Positions 49,943 through 61,444 of a DNA stretch of 64,000 nt are shown in pieces. How positions within the stretch are numbered: position 1 is the first letter of the stretch; the number at the start of each line of letters is the position of its first letter. The position numbers were made by a program, and so were the translations under genes. The stretch covers positions 19,626,150-19,690,149 of the forward strand of contig NC_134026.1 in NCBI RefSeq assembly GCF_964204645.1, read 5' to 3'. This stretch comes from Tubulanus polymorphus. Lineage: Eukaryota > Animalia > Nemertea. Under the pieces are notes generated by a model. That model was not told the origin of the DNA. It did not search any database and worked only from the letters and a program-made list of their open reading frames with translations.

Positions 49943-50135
49943 ACTGTTGATAAACACGCTTTAACCGCAATTTCAAAACTAAAACCAAGGTAAAATAATC
50001 AAAATGCCGGCAGTGACCTTGTCTCCAAACATCGGTTTCACAGTCGACGTTTGGAGACAAGGTCACTGCGGGCATTTTGATTATTTGACCTTGGTTCCAG
50101 TTTTGAAATTGCGGTCAAAGCGTGTTGATTAACAG
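49943..50135. repeat. ~85-bp-arm inverted repeat (MITE-like); right arm deleted in the paralog at ~35520-35620
   Basis: ...GCAGTGACCTTGTCTCCAAAC [18 nt] GTTTGGAGACAAGGTCACTGC... Confidence 0.75.
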
Positions 50136-51876
50136 ACAGTAATTGAATGTATGGCCATTAAGATTTTTCTTTTTATCCAAACAGCCTCCTTAGATACTTT
50201 TAAAAATTGCACAGTCGACCTTGCGGTCGCCAGTGCGGGGTATTGGGTATTATAGTTTTCAACTAACAATTGAAAAATCGGATAAAATAGAAACTTTGCC
50301 GTCAGTTGAGCAGAGTATTTTTGAATATCGAAGACGAATGCAGTTGTATTCTTAGTAGCCGCAGCGGCCAGACGTGAGAAAACAATATTGAGAATGGAGA
50401 TTCGTTTATATCAATAGATCTTATAGCTCCTGGTGATGTATGAAAAGTTTAAGGAATCGCCGTTACAACCACGTTCTAAGTAACCGTTGATCAACTTCGT
50501 CATTTGGTGCTACTGGTAGAGGAGCTTAAAGGTCAAATGTAGCCCACGATAGCTTTTTTACGATAAATCATGTTACATAAATACATAATAATCAGTAGCG
50601 ATAATTTTTCACAATTTCGACTAATTATGTCGAAATTCGATTTAATAAGTCGAAATTCGACTTAAGAAGTTGAATTATCTCGTATGTGATTTATAAGAGG
50701 CTTCCGTAGAATTCAAGCCAGCGCGAGTTGTTGATATACATGGTAGTTTTAGTTATCCCCGTTTATCTTATGTACTAAATAGTACATTCATCAGTATGTC
50801 GTCTATGCGTGGGAAACACAATCGGATCATCTTTTAAATTCGTGTTTACCTTGCCTGTTACCGCGGTGTACTGCGCCGATTGGAGGTAAAAAATGTGTCA
50901 TATCTTGATTATATCTAATTGATTACAGTTATGATGAAAATAAGGATAATACCAATTAATCAAGAATTCAGTTGAGATCGAGTAGAAAAAAAACGATAAA
51001 ACTTACACTGACAATGTGTATTCGCAGTAGCCCGCATGACGTCACTCGCAGAAAATTCGCGCACATGCCATTCATTTTTCAAACTCATTTTATTCAAGTT
51101 CAGTGTTGATCGAATAAATTACATTTATTACTGGTGGGTTAGTTATCTATTGCATGATACCATAATTAGAATTTTGATGAATAGGCTACACTTGATAGTT
51201 CATACTCAGAAATTGATACATGTTGTGGAAACATGAAATATCGTACAGAACCAACCATTAATTCGTTTTCGTGTTTTTCGTCTAATGGTGTCGGCACGTG
51301 ACACCCGCAAGGTGTTTACGTTTTCCATCAATTTTAGAATTTTGAAATTCTGCCGCATATTAACGAGATTTAGAATTTTCCAAATCGATTTTGATGAATG
51401 GTATAAGTTATATCCCAGAAACGTGGATTTCCTCCGTTTCTCTAGTAAAGTGATAGTTATGTTCTGAAAAAGAGAAGAAAAGATCTACCAAGCCACACGT
51501 ACATTATATGGGCCCCAAACGAATTTTTCAAATGAGCCGACCCCACCAGTTGAATTTCACTACATATTTACTATAGGGCTATCTGGAACGTTATTGTTAT
51601 TTGGAAACGCTACCACCAGGAGCCAAGGGCCAACACAGCTATGTCGCTAGAAGGAAGGCAATCAAGTAAGCATTTACTTTCGAAGAGGCATCAGGAGTAG
51701 ATTTTCATGAAAGTTGAACTTTTTTTCTTGAAAAGTGGAACTTTTTGTAAGGTGCTCACGCAAACGTCGAGTTTAAAAAATAAGATGCAGAGAAGCAATT
51801 TCGCAACTTCAAGCATATTGGGGTGAAAATTTTGCTTCTTTTCCTTTCTATTTGGCCTCGAAGTTTGGAAGCATGT

Positions 51877-53662
51877 TTATATTTTGAACGAAATGATTGA
51901 AAAGGTTTTACTAATGATGGTAGAATACATGGCGTTCATAGCTTTATCATACAGAAATCTTTTTGCTTTAGCGAAAATACCATTCCAATTGAATTTCACT
52001 TCAAGATACACATAATCCTCAACTATCTCTAACTCCTGATTACCGAAAATCCTACTTTTACTTCGAGTAAATACTAATATCTTAGTTTTTATCAACATTC
52101 ACCGTGAGGCCGTTGTCTAAGAAATATTCAAATAGTGTATCTAAATGTGACTGGAGAGAATTCTCATCATCAGCAAAAATGACCGTGTCATCAGCATAAA
52201 GGATAATGAACAAATTAAGTAAAGTCCCTAGTTCTGGGTCACAATTCACATTAAGCTTTTCAATATACGACAAAGTTGGTTTACCGCGCGTAGCAAAAAA
52301 GTCATCAATATCGTTTAAAAATAGGGAAAATAGGATAGGTGATGAATTTTCACCTTGTCTTAATCCTCTATCTGCAGCAAAATATTGTGATGTGTTACCG
52401 TTAAATTTAACACATGATTTGACCGAATTATAGATATTTCTAACTAAGTTCAAAAAATTCCCTGTAATGCTACTCTAAATTTTCTCCTTAAAATAACTCG
52501 GTAAACCGAGTCAAAAGCCTTCTTAAAATCAACAAAGGCGCAAAAAATCTTATTCCTTGGCAAAAGTACAATTCGACGATTGTTTTCAACGTGTAAATAT
52601 GGTCAGTAGTAGAATATTTTGGTCTAAATCCGGCTTGTTCTTCACTAATTACATTGTTCGAATCGAGGAAAGTAATTGACAGCCTTTCATTAAGGATACC
52701 TGTGAACAATTTACCTAGCATGATACCTCTATAATATTGTCAGGATTAGTGGGATTGCCTTTCTTTTTAAAAACAGGTTTTATTATCCCTATAGACCACG
52801 TCTCTGGGACATGTCCAGTCTTAAGAACTAAATCAAATAGGTTTTGTAATATATTGACTAAACATGGATACCGACTAAATTTTAATAACCTATTAGTGAT
52901 GCCATCTATACCAGATGCCTTATTATTTTTAGCATTAAGATAGCTTTCGTTACTTCATCAGCTGTTATGTCGCAATTTTCAACATACGGTTGTCATATAC
53001 AGGAGGATCATCATTCTGTAGCTCAGTATTATCGTTCACTTCGTGTACACCATGTAAGTCATTTAATTGCATAAAATGTTCGAAAAAAATATCAATATCA
53101 ATATTAGCGTCCTATGTTTTTGCACAAGTTGCAGAATTAAGCATAGCCCAATACTTTTTCGGATTACTGATTTCACAATCTCTCAGTTATTTAATAAAAG
53201 TTTCCTTCTGTTTTCTCTTACTTTCCCGGATGATTTCTTTTTTATTTCTTTGACGAGTTCTTGAAAGCATCAAAGTTAGAAGGGGTGGAGCAGCCCCTGT
53301 ATCTGTTTTTACTATAACAATAATAGTCTTTAAGCGCATCCCTACATCTACGATTAAACCACTTTTTATGAACCAGATTTTTGCGTCTTCTATTTTTCCT
53401 ATGGAACATCAAATTACATTATTCGGCACTTAACAACAAAAAAGATACAAATCTAGCAGTGAGTTCGTTTACATTGTTATTGTTTAGAGACTGATAACCT
53501 AGGTCCTGCGATCCATTCAAGTGAATCATTAAAGCCAGTGTCATATAATTTTGATTCTACCGTCGCGAAAAACTGGTCCGATCTAGTATTGTCCCATCTA
53601 ATTGAAGGTTTTCCATTTACCCGATCGTTGTTCTCATTATGAGCAATACTAGGTCCCTAGAA
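51877..53662 (-). mobile_element. Degenerate non-LTR retrotransposon (RT) fragment, duplicate
   Basis: EQAGFR...TTDHI, RQG..SP.LF and YADD motifs. Confidence 0.85.
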
Positions 53663-54291
53663 TGTCTACATAAATAGAGCCTAAGAGGGTTGTTCCGTGT
53701 GTCCGCAGCGGCACGTAGTGATACTAGCCTGTCCTATTCATATTGAATGGACATGCAACCAGTCTAAGTATAGCAGGGATAAGTACCGTGACGAATATCG
53801 ACACCATCAAGTTCGAATCTCTACTGGGAGGATGGCTCGAACGCGATTGAAATACTTGTCATCTCGCTCTTGTGAAAGCGCTGTTGAGCATATCATGATT
53901 CAGTATATAGTGTAAAGGTTTTTTTGGTGTGACGCTGTGCGTCGAAACTTATACGCTTGCCTGCAGGCATGTCACTGACATATTGTCATCAACGACTGAG
54001 TACAGCCTACGTCTCCACATCTCTCGTAGGTATAGCTCGTTACATTCATTCCTGAGAGACAAGTGCGTTCGAATATTGTTGGCTCCTTACAGAGTAGGGG
54101 CAATACCTCAAATGCCGTTTCCTGCCGTAATTCAATGGTCGTAGGAAATCAAGCACCGAACGACGTAAAGCAAGCTATATAACAGGATTGTTTGGAAATG
54201 TACGGAAAGATTGTGTTGCACGGGAAGATTGATTAGTTTTGCCGCCTAGTGCGGTGCACGTTGACACTTTGGCGAAACCTTAACTTAGAAA

Positions 54292-55404
54292 ATGACTCTG
54301 CTGAATGACACTGAAGTGTTTTCGACAACACGCCGTTCCGAACCTGTGTGCAAGTACCCGCCATATAGGTGGGATTACGCGTTTAGCGTCTATTTGTACT
54401 TGGGTGCTTATTTTCCTGCCGCTACCATCGGAATATTACTCAACATCGTCACAATCATAGTGTTCAACAAAATGGGAGTCGCTAGCTATCGTTCCATTAT
54501 TATCCTGGCATGGTTCGACCTTTTGTTTGTGATCACGGTGTTCATCATGTACCCGCTCCGCATCATGATCCTGATAGCAATAATCGGCTATAGTCCGATA
54601 TTTGGCTACGATGATTGGTATTTCGGCCACGAGCTGATTATTTGGGCAATGCCATTTTTTTTCGCTTTCCAAATGTCCCGTAACTGGGCGGTAGTGATCA
54701 TCAACTTGGAGAGGTTGTTCGTCGTGATGAGTCCGCTTTATTATAAGCGTTTCTGGGGCAAGAAACAGCTCATAGGTGTCACTGTGTTCATATTCATATT
54801 TTCTGTTTTTTGCAACTGGCCATTTTTCTTTCCGCTTACTTTACCGGGACCAGCAATGTGGCCTTGTTTGTATCACAGTCCAGGGCCACGCGTATTCACG
54901 ATGGGCGCATTCGGTGCCAAAACGATCCGCACCATATTTGATTATAATGCAGGATGGGCGGGAACGTTTACTGGTTTCACGTATTTGTATATGACGGTGA
55001 TTGTACCGCTGTTTTCGTTAATCATTGTGAACATCGTTTTATTGTCGTTCATTTTACGCCATCGATTGGCGAAACGGCGTCAAATGTTGTCAGCGGACGG
55101 CGTTTCGAAAGACAGCCGGTCTCAATCGACACACGAGGCGAAAATTTTGAAAATGGTATTATCCATCGTTCTCGTATTCTTTGTTTGTGAGATCCCGGCC
55201 GGGTTAGACAGACTTTTTTACTTCGTCTGGAGAAGTTTTGGTATAACGGTCAACATCAGCGGTGACCATTCGATGGTTATGAGAAAAGTTGGTATTTTGC
55301 TCAGCTGTGTTGACTCATCGCTCAACTTCATCATTTATTGCGCTACGAATGATATCTTTAGAAAGGCGGGCAGTAAATTATTTCGCTTGCATTATTTCGG
55401 TTAG
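54292..55404 (+). CDS. Intronless rhodopsin-class GPCR paralog, 370 aa
   Basis: Intact ORF, same motifs. Confidence 0.92.
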   Translation: MTLLNDTEVFSTTRRSEPVCKYPPYRWDYAFSVYLYLGAYFPAATIGILLNIVTIIVFNKMGVASYRSIIILAWFDLLFVITVFIMYPLRIMILIAIIGYSPIFGYDDWYFGHELIIWAMPFFFAFQMSRNWAVVIINLERLFVVMSPLYYKRFWGKKQLIGVTVFIFIFSVFCNWPFFFPLTLPGPAMWPCLYHSPGPRVFTMGAFGAKTIRTIFDYNAGWAGTFTGFTYLYMTVIVPLFSLIIVNIVLLSFILRHRLAKRRQMLSADGVSKDSRSQSTHEAKILKMVLSIVLVFFVCEIPAGLDRLFYFVWRSFGITVNISGDHSMVMRKVGILLSCVDSSLNFIIYCATNDIFRKAGSKLFRLHYFG

Positions 55405-56176
55405 CTTGAAACGCGATCACCAATCGCCCAACCGTCACATTTTCAATATCCTTTGTCGTAGCATTGGTATTATATTTACGAGATATGTTTTCGAGAAAAT
55501 GTGTTATATCTATTCATATACGAAAAAGTCATTTCGAGCTATGTAGTAAAGAGAATGTGTTTTGGAAATCCTTGACATTAAGATGGGAATGAAATTTAGA
55601 TCAAAAAAAAAACTTTTATCCTATCGATGGATGTTAAGAATTTGCTCGGAAATTTATATCTGTTTTTTTTTCGAATTAACTGCAGTTTGATATCATTTAA
55701 AATCATTCCATTATTGTTGGTGACACAAACAAACTGACGCTTACCTAGTCTCTCCCCCCCCCCCCCCAACTATTCTCGATTGTGTTCTTTTCTTCGGTTG
55801 GACTAGGGTCCAATTTGTACAATCTTAAAAGCAATCTGCGAATGCCAGCAGCCTTTAAAATCGAAAATCTGCCCGCATGAAATAATACCGATATACAAGT
55901 ATATAAGTCTGTGTACGTTGGATATTAAGTTTTATTCAATAAAACGATTCTTTAAACGGGCCACGCTTCGAACATTATTCCCTCTGGGTTCGAAAATATT
56001 TCAAATTAGTTTCGTAAATCTTATTGCATGTGTTTCATCATTCGGAGTTAAGTATTTTACTCAATAAATTGTGTTTAGACCCAATGAAACTAGCAAAACA
56101 ACATCGAAAGTATTTAACACGCTAAGGATATACAGTATTTACGAATTTAAAACTTTTACATAAGTATAAACTGAAA

Positions 56177-59003
56177 CTAACATCCCATCCATCTTTTGTC
56201 CTTCGAAATCGGACCAACCATTGGATCGTTACCAGTTCGGGTATAATAACTACAACATTAAGATATAAGCATATCACGTTTAGTTTACTTAATTTGAAAT
56301 TTAAAAAGGATGACTACTATTGTTGATAAACGCACTTTAACCGCAATTTCAGAACTGGAGCCAAAGTCAAATAATGAATTTGATCCTGCCCACAGTGACC
56401 ATGCCAAGTCAAATTAAACCTATACTCCTGTGAAACTGAAGTCAATGTGACTGCAAAACTGGGACCGAAGTAAAACGAAAACTACAACAGCAGCGGAAAT
56501 TGAGTCAAAACTTTATGAGCTTTCAAACGAGAAATGTCGAGAATCTACTTACTATTGTCCCTGAAACATAAAGATTGTGTTTCCATGCATGGTTGCCGAG
56601 TCTATTTCACCTTGCGGTGCGTTCGGAAAATAATCGGCTAACTTGTACTTCTTGTTTTTATCCTGATCTTCAGAGAACTCCCAGAAATATCCGTCCTAAA
56701 ATAATCGAATGATACTCTTCATGCATCCACAGCGGGGATCGAAATGTACGGTCTGATCTAAGATTTCCACAAGGTATGAGGTATTAGAAAAGTGCTCAAA
56801 TTACTAAAGTTGAAAACACTAAAGGCACTGATTCATCGGAGTATACCTGTATGTTAAATTAGATACCTTCGATGATCACGTTTATAACATTACAAAACCT
56901 ATGGCCAGCTATGAAATCTTGTTCAAATAACATCTAATATTATATATAGAATTATATATTCAAATATTGCGCGAAGTTAAGAAGGGATCAGAGCTACCGA
57001 GATGAACACTCATCATTCCAGCGATTACCGGAAACGGATGTTTCGCGAGACTGTTGCTCAGTTCATCAGATATAATGTGCGTTAATAAGGCTTTGTCCTC
57101 GTTTCAAGACTCACCTCAAGAATGACAGTCCAGCCGACGAAATCCAGAAAAGCGGCTTCTGGATTATGCGGGAAGTCCTGCCTATGGCTGTAGTCTTTCG
57201 GGTAGCCATTGTCCAGATGGAAACGATGTTCATTGCTGTTGTATCTATAACGCCACAGTTTTCTACCTGTAGTTCAAAGAAAGCGATATTTGTTCAGTCC
57301 ATAACCATTTTCCATTGGAACAAAAGTATCAAATCGCTATTCAATTACGATTAGATAATTGGCTTCACGCACACATTCGAATGCGAAATGTGATATTGCC
57401 AAACGACAGGGATCTCACCTCCGAAAACTAGAGCGCTTTCCGTGCGTTTGTCGTACACCGCAGCTTGTATCGGTTGACCCGGTTCCGGAATCATCACATC
57501 TCTGACGTCAGTTTTCCGTTCGACACCGCTTCTATCGGATAATTCGTATACCGTGTTTTCGTGGAACGCATAGGTCAATCCATCAGGGGCTGTAATATGA
57601 CAAACGTCTTTCTATTTAAAAAAGCGTAAGTTCGTCGTCCATCTCGTCCATTTCATGCGCTGGAGAGTTGCCAGAGAGTGTTGCCAGAGGCGCGTCGCGA
57701 AGACGTATGCACTGGGAACGTGGTATTATAACTCGCAACTAAATGATACATAAGTACATATAATTTTCTTAGAGTTTAGAGCTCTCTACACGTAGAAAGT
57801 AGTACATGCCAAAACGCGTATGGAGAGGAATAGTTGAAACCTTGAAAAACAAGATGTGAAGCTAGATTTCAACAACTACCGAAGGAAAATTCAACATACA
57901 ACTTTCAATGAAACGATATTGGGCATTAATCATCAATGAAGATACTGACTAGATATAACGGCATCGAATGAGCCCTGACATGGTCCTGAGCCTGGTCTCA
58001 TAGTTTTAGGTTCGTTTGGCTTGGCGGTCGTCCGTGGAACTGGACCACCCTTCTTACCTAGAATGAATATATATATGTTTTGAAATCATAGAATATTTTG
58101 GTCAATGTTATCTGACTCATCCATCTGACTCATCTTCTTTGTAATTAGGCATACACGCTCTTGTGATCTTATCGTCTAAAATTCTTTAAATAAGGAAGTT
58201 TTTGAATTGAGAGTTCTCAAATATAGTGATGAGGACTATTTCCGACCTGAATTGCTTTTGCGTTAAGTTGGACTCACCATACAGCGATTGAATAGCGCGG
58301 ACATCGTCGTCGGGAAGTCGAAATTCTTCAAAGCTCGTATAGCCTTGATACCACGGCGCCATAAGGGCCTCGGGGACTTCTGAGTGGGATAGTCCCAGAC
58401 CGTGTCCGAGTTCGTGCGCGGCGACGATACGAAGGTTCGTTCATACAGATAATTACCGAAGTTTTCGCTATATTTTTTAGATATGTATTTCATCGATCAT
58501 TGTAGACTTCTGTAATGATTTTTTTTCATTTTTGAAAAACGGTAATTTAAGCGATTTTGCTGCAATAGTTTTACTGGTCTTTTTTCCTTCAGTATATATA
58601 ATGCCCTACATAGTCACCTTTGCTCATTTTCGGGCATGTCCGGCGAGAAGTTAAGAATCTTCCATGTAAACGTATCTTTCGGCCATTTGTCTAGAAATTA
58701 GTGTCAAGATACGTATTAATTCGACGATAGAGATAAAAGGGAAATCATTTAGCTATTAAGGATTATCAATTTCATAGTTGCGGAACTTGATCGAACATAG
58801 TCGATACATTGTCGATTAAAGAAAAGTATGATTAAGCACGAAAAGCCTCATTCTTCAAACAGAAAATGTACTTGCAATAATTGTAAAATCTTTTCAAAGG
58901 TATCCCGACGGATGGAGTTTACGTACTAAATGTTTCGTACATATCTGGAACAGCGAGATTAGGGGTTGACGTTTTCCTATCAGGCATGCCACAACGAGGA
59001 GCA
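56177..59003 (-). pseudogene. Truncated MMP copy
   Basis: 5' end lost at about 59003 (just before PRCGMPD, fused to GPCR upstream sequence); internal deletion at about 58441 removes part of the catalytic exons; hemopexin exons present. Confidence 0.85.
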
Positions 59004-59564
59004 TAATACATAAATAGAGCCCAAGAGGGTTGTTCCGTGTGTCCGCAGCGGCACGTAGTGATACTAGCCTGTCCTATTCATATTGAATGGACATGCAACC
59101 AGTCTAAGTATAGCAGGGATAAGTACCGTGACGAATATCGACACCATCAGGTTCGAATCTCTACTGGGAGGATGGCTCGAACGCGATTGAAACAGACTAG
59201 TGTATAGGCTTTTTTGGTGTGACGCTGTGCGTCGAAACTTATACGCTTGCCTGCAGGCATGTCACTGAAATATTTTCGTCAACGACTAAGTACAGCCTAC
59301 GTCTCTACATCTCTCGTAGGTATAGCTCGTTACATTCATTCCTGAGAGACAAGTGCGTTCGAATATTGTTGGATCCTTACAGAGTAGGGGGCAATACCTC
59401 AAATGCCGTTTCCTGCCGTAATTCAATGGTCGTAGGAAATCAAGGTCCGAACGACGTAAAGCAAGCTATATAACACAGGATTGTTTGGAAATGTACGTGT
59501 CGCACGGGAAGATTGATTAGTTTTGCCGCCCAGTGCGGTGCACGTTGAAACCTTAACTTAGAAA

Positions 59565-60677
59565 ATGACTCTGCTGAATGACACTGAAGTGTTTTCGACA
59601 ACTCGCCGTTCCGAACCTGTGTGCAAGCACCCGCCATATAGGTGGGATTACGCGTTTAGCGTCTATTTGTACTTGGGTGCTTATTTTCCCACTGCTATCA
59701 TCGGAATATTACTCAACATCGTCACAATCATAGTGTTCAACAAAATGGGAGTCGCTAGCTATCGTTCCATTATTATCCTGGCTTGGTTCGACCTTTTGTA
59801 TGTGATCACGGTGTTCATCATGTACCCGTTCCGTATCATGATCCTGATAACGATATTTGGCTATAGTCCGATATTTGGCTACGATGATTGGTATTTCGGC
59901 CACGAGCTGATTATTTGGACGTTGCCGTTATTCTTCGCTTTTCAGATGTCCCGTAACTGGGCGGTAGTGATCGTCAACTTGGAGAGGTTGTTTGTCGTGA
60001 TGAGTCCGCTTTATTATAAGCGTTTCTGGGGCAAGAAACAGCTCATAGGTGTCACTGTGTTCATATTCATATTTTCTGTTTTTTGCAACTGGCCATTTTT
60101 CTTTCCGCTTACTTTACCGGGGCCAGCAACGTGGCCTTGTTTGTATCACGGTCCAGGGCCACGCGTATTCACGATGGGCGCATTCGGCGCCAAAACGATC
60201 CGCACCATATTCGATTATAGTGCAGGATGGGCGGGACGGTTTACTGGTTTCACGTATTTGTATATGATGGTCATAGTACCGCTGTTTTCGTTAATCATTG
60301 TGAACATCGTTTTACTGTCGTTCATTTTACGCCATCGATTGGCGAAACGGCGTCAAATGTTGTCAGCGGACGGCGTTTCGAAAGACAGCCGGTCTCAATC
60401 GACACACGAGGCGAAAATTTTGAAAATGGTATTATCCATCGTTCTCGTATTCTTTGTTTGTGAGATCCCGGCCGGGTTAGACAGACTTTTTTACTTCGTC
60501 TGGAGAAGTTTTGGTATAACGGTCAACATCAGCGGTGACCATTCGATGGTTATGAGAAAAGTTGGTATTTTGCTCAGCTGTGTTGACTCATCGCTCAACT
60601 TCATCATTTATTGCGCTACGAATGATATCTTTAGAAAGGCGGGCAGTAAATTATTTCGCTTGCATTATTTCGGTTAG
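59565..60677 (+). CDS. Intronless rhodopsin-class GPCR paralog, 370 aa
   Basis: Intact ORF, same motifs. Confidence 0.92.
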   Translation: MTLLNDTEVFSTTRRSEPVCKHPPYRWDYAFSVYLYLGAYFPTAIIGILLNIVTIIVFNKMGVASYRSIIILAWFDLLYVITVFIMYPFRIMILITIFGYSPIFGYDDWYFGHELIIWTLPLFFAFQMSRNWAVVIVNLERLFVVMSPLYYKRFWGKKQLIGVTVFIFIFSVFCNWPFFFPLTLPGPATWPCLYHGPGPRVFTMGAFGAKTIRTIFDYSAGWAGRFTGFTYLYMMVIVPLFSLIIVNIVLLSFILRHRLAKRRQMLSADGVSKDSRSQSTHEAKILKMVLSIVLVFFVCEIPAGLDRLFYFVWRSFGITVNISGDHSMVMRKVGILLSCVDSSLNFIIYCATNDIFRKAGSKLFRLHYFG

Positions 60678-61444
60678 CTTGAAACGCGATCACCAATCGC
60701 CCAACCGTCACATTTTCAATATCCTTTGTCGTAGCATTGGTATTATATTTACGAGATATGTTTTCGAGAAAATGTGTTATATCTATTCATATACGAAAAA
60801 GTCATTTCGAGCTATGTAGTAAAGAGAATGTGTTTTGGAAATCCTTGACATTAAGATGGGAATGAAATTTAGATCCAAAAAAAAACTTTTATCCTATCGA
60901 TGGATGTTAAGAATTTGCTCGGAAATTTATATCTGTTTTTTTTCGAATTAACTGCAGTTTGATATCATTTAAAATCATTCCATTATTGTTGGTGACACAA
61001 ACAAACTGACGCTTACCTAGTCTCTCCCCCCCCCCAACTATTCTCGATTGTGTTCTTTTCTTCGGTTGGACTAGGGTCCAATTTGTACAATCTTAAAAGC
61101 AATCTGCGAATGCCAGCAGCCTTTAAAATCGAAAATCTGCCCGCATGAAATAATACCGATATACAAGTATATAAGTCTGTGTACGTTGGATATTAAGTTT
61201 TATTCAATAAAACGATTCTTTAAACGGGCCACGCTTCGAACATTATTCCCTCTGGGTTCGAAAATATTTCAAATTAGTTTCGTAAATCTTATTGCATGTG
61301 TTTCATCATTCGGAGTTAAGTATTTTACTCAATAAATTGTGTTTAGACCCAATGAAACTAGCAAAACAACATCGAAAGTATTTAACACGCTAAGGATATA
61401 CAGTATTTACGAATTTAAAACTTTTACATAAGTATAAACTGAAA

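Larger units (their letters stand above)
49198..59003 (+). repeat. Segmental duplicate of about 34723-43400 (MITE, LINE, GPCR, MMP)
   Basis: Long collinear high identity with indels. Confidence 0.85.
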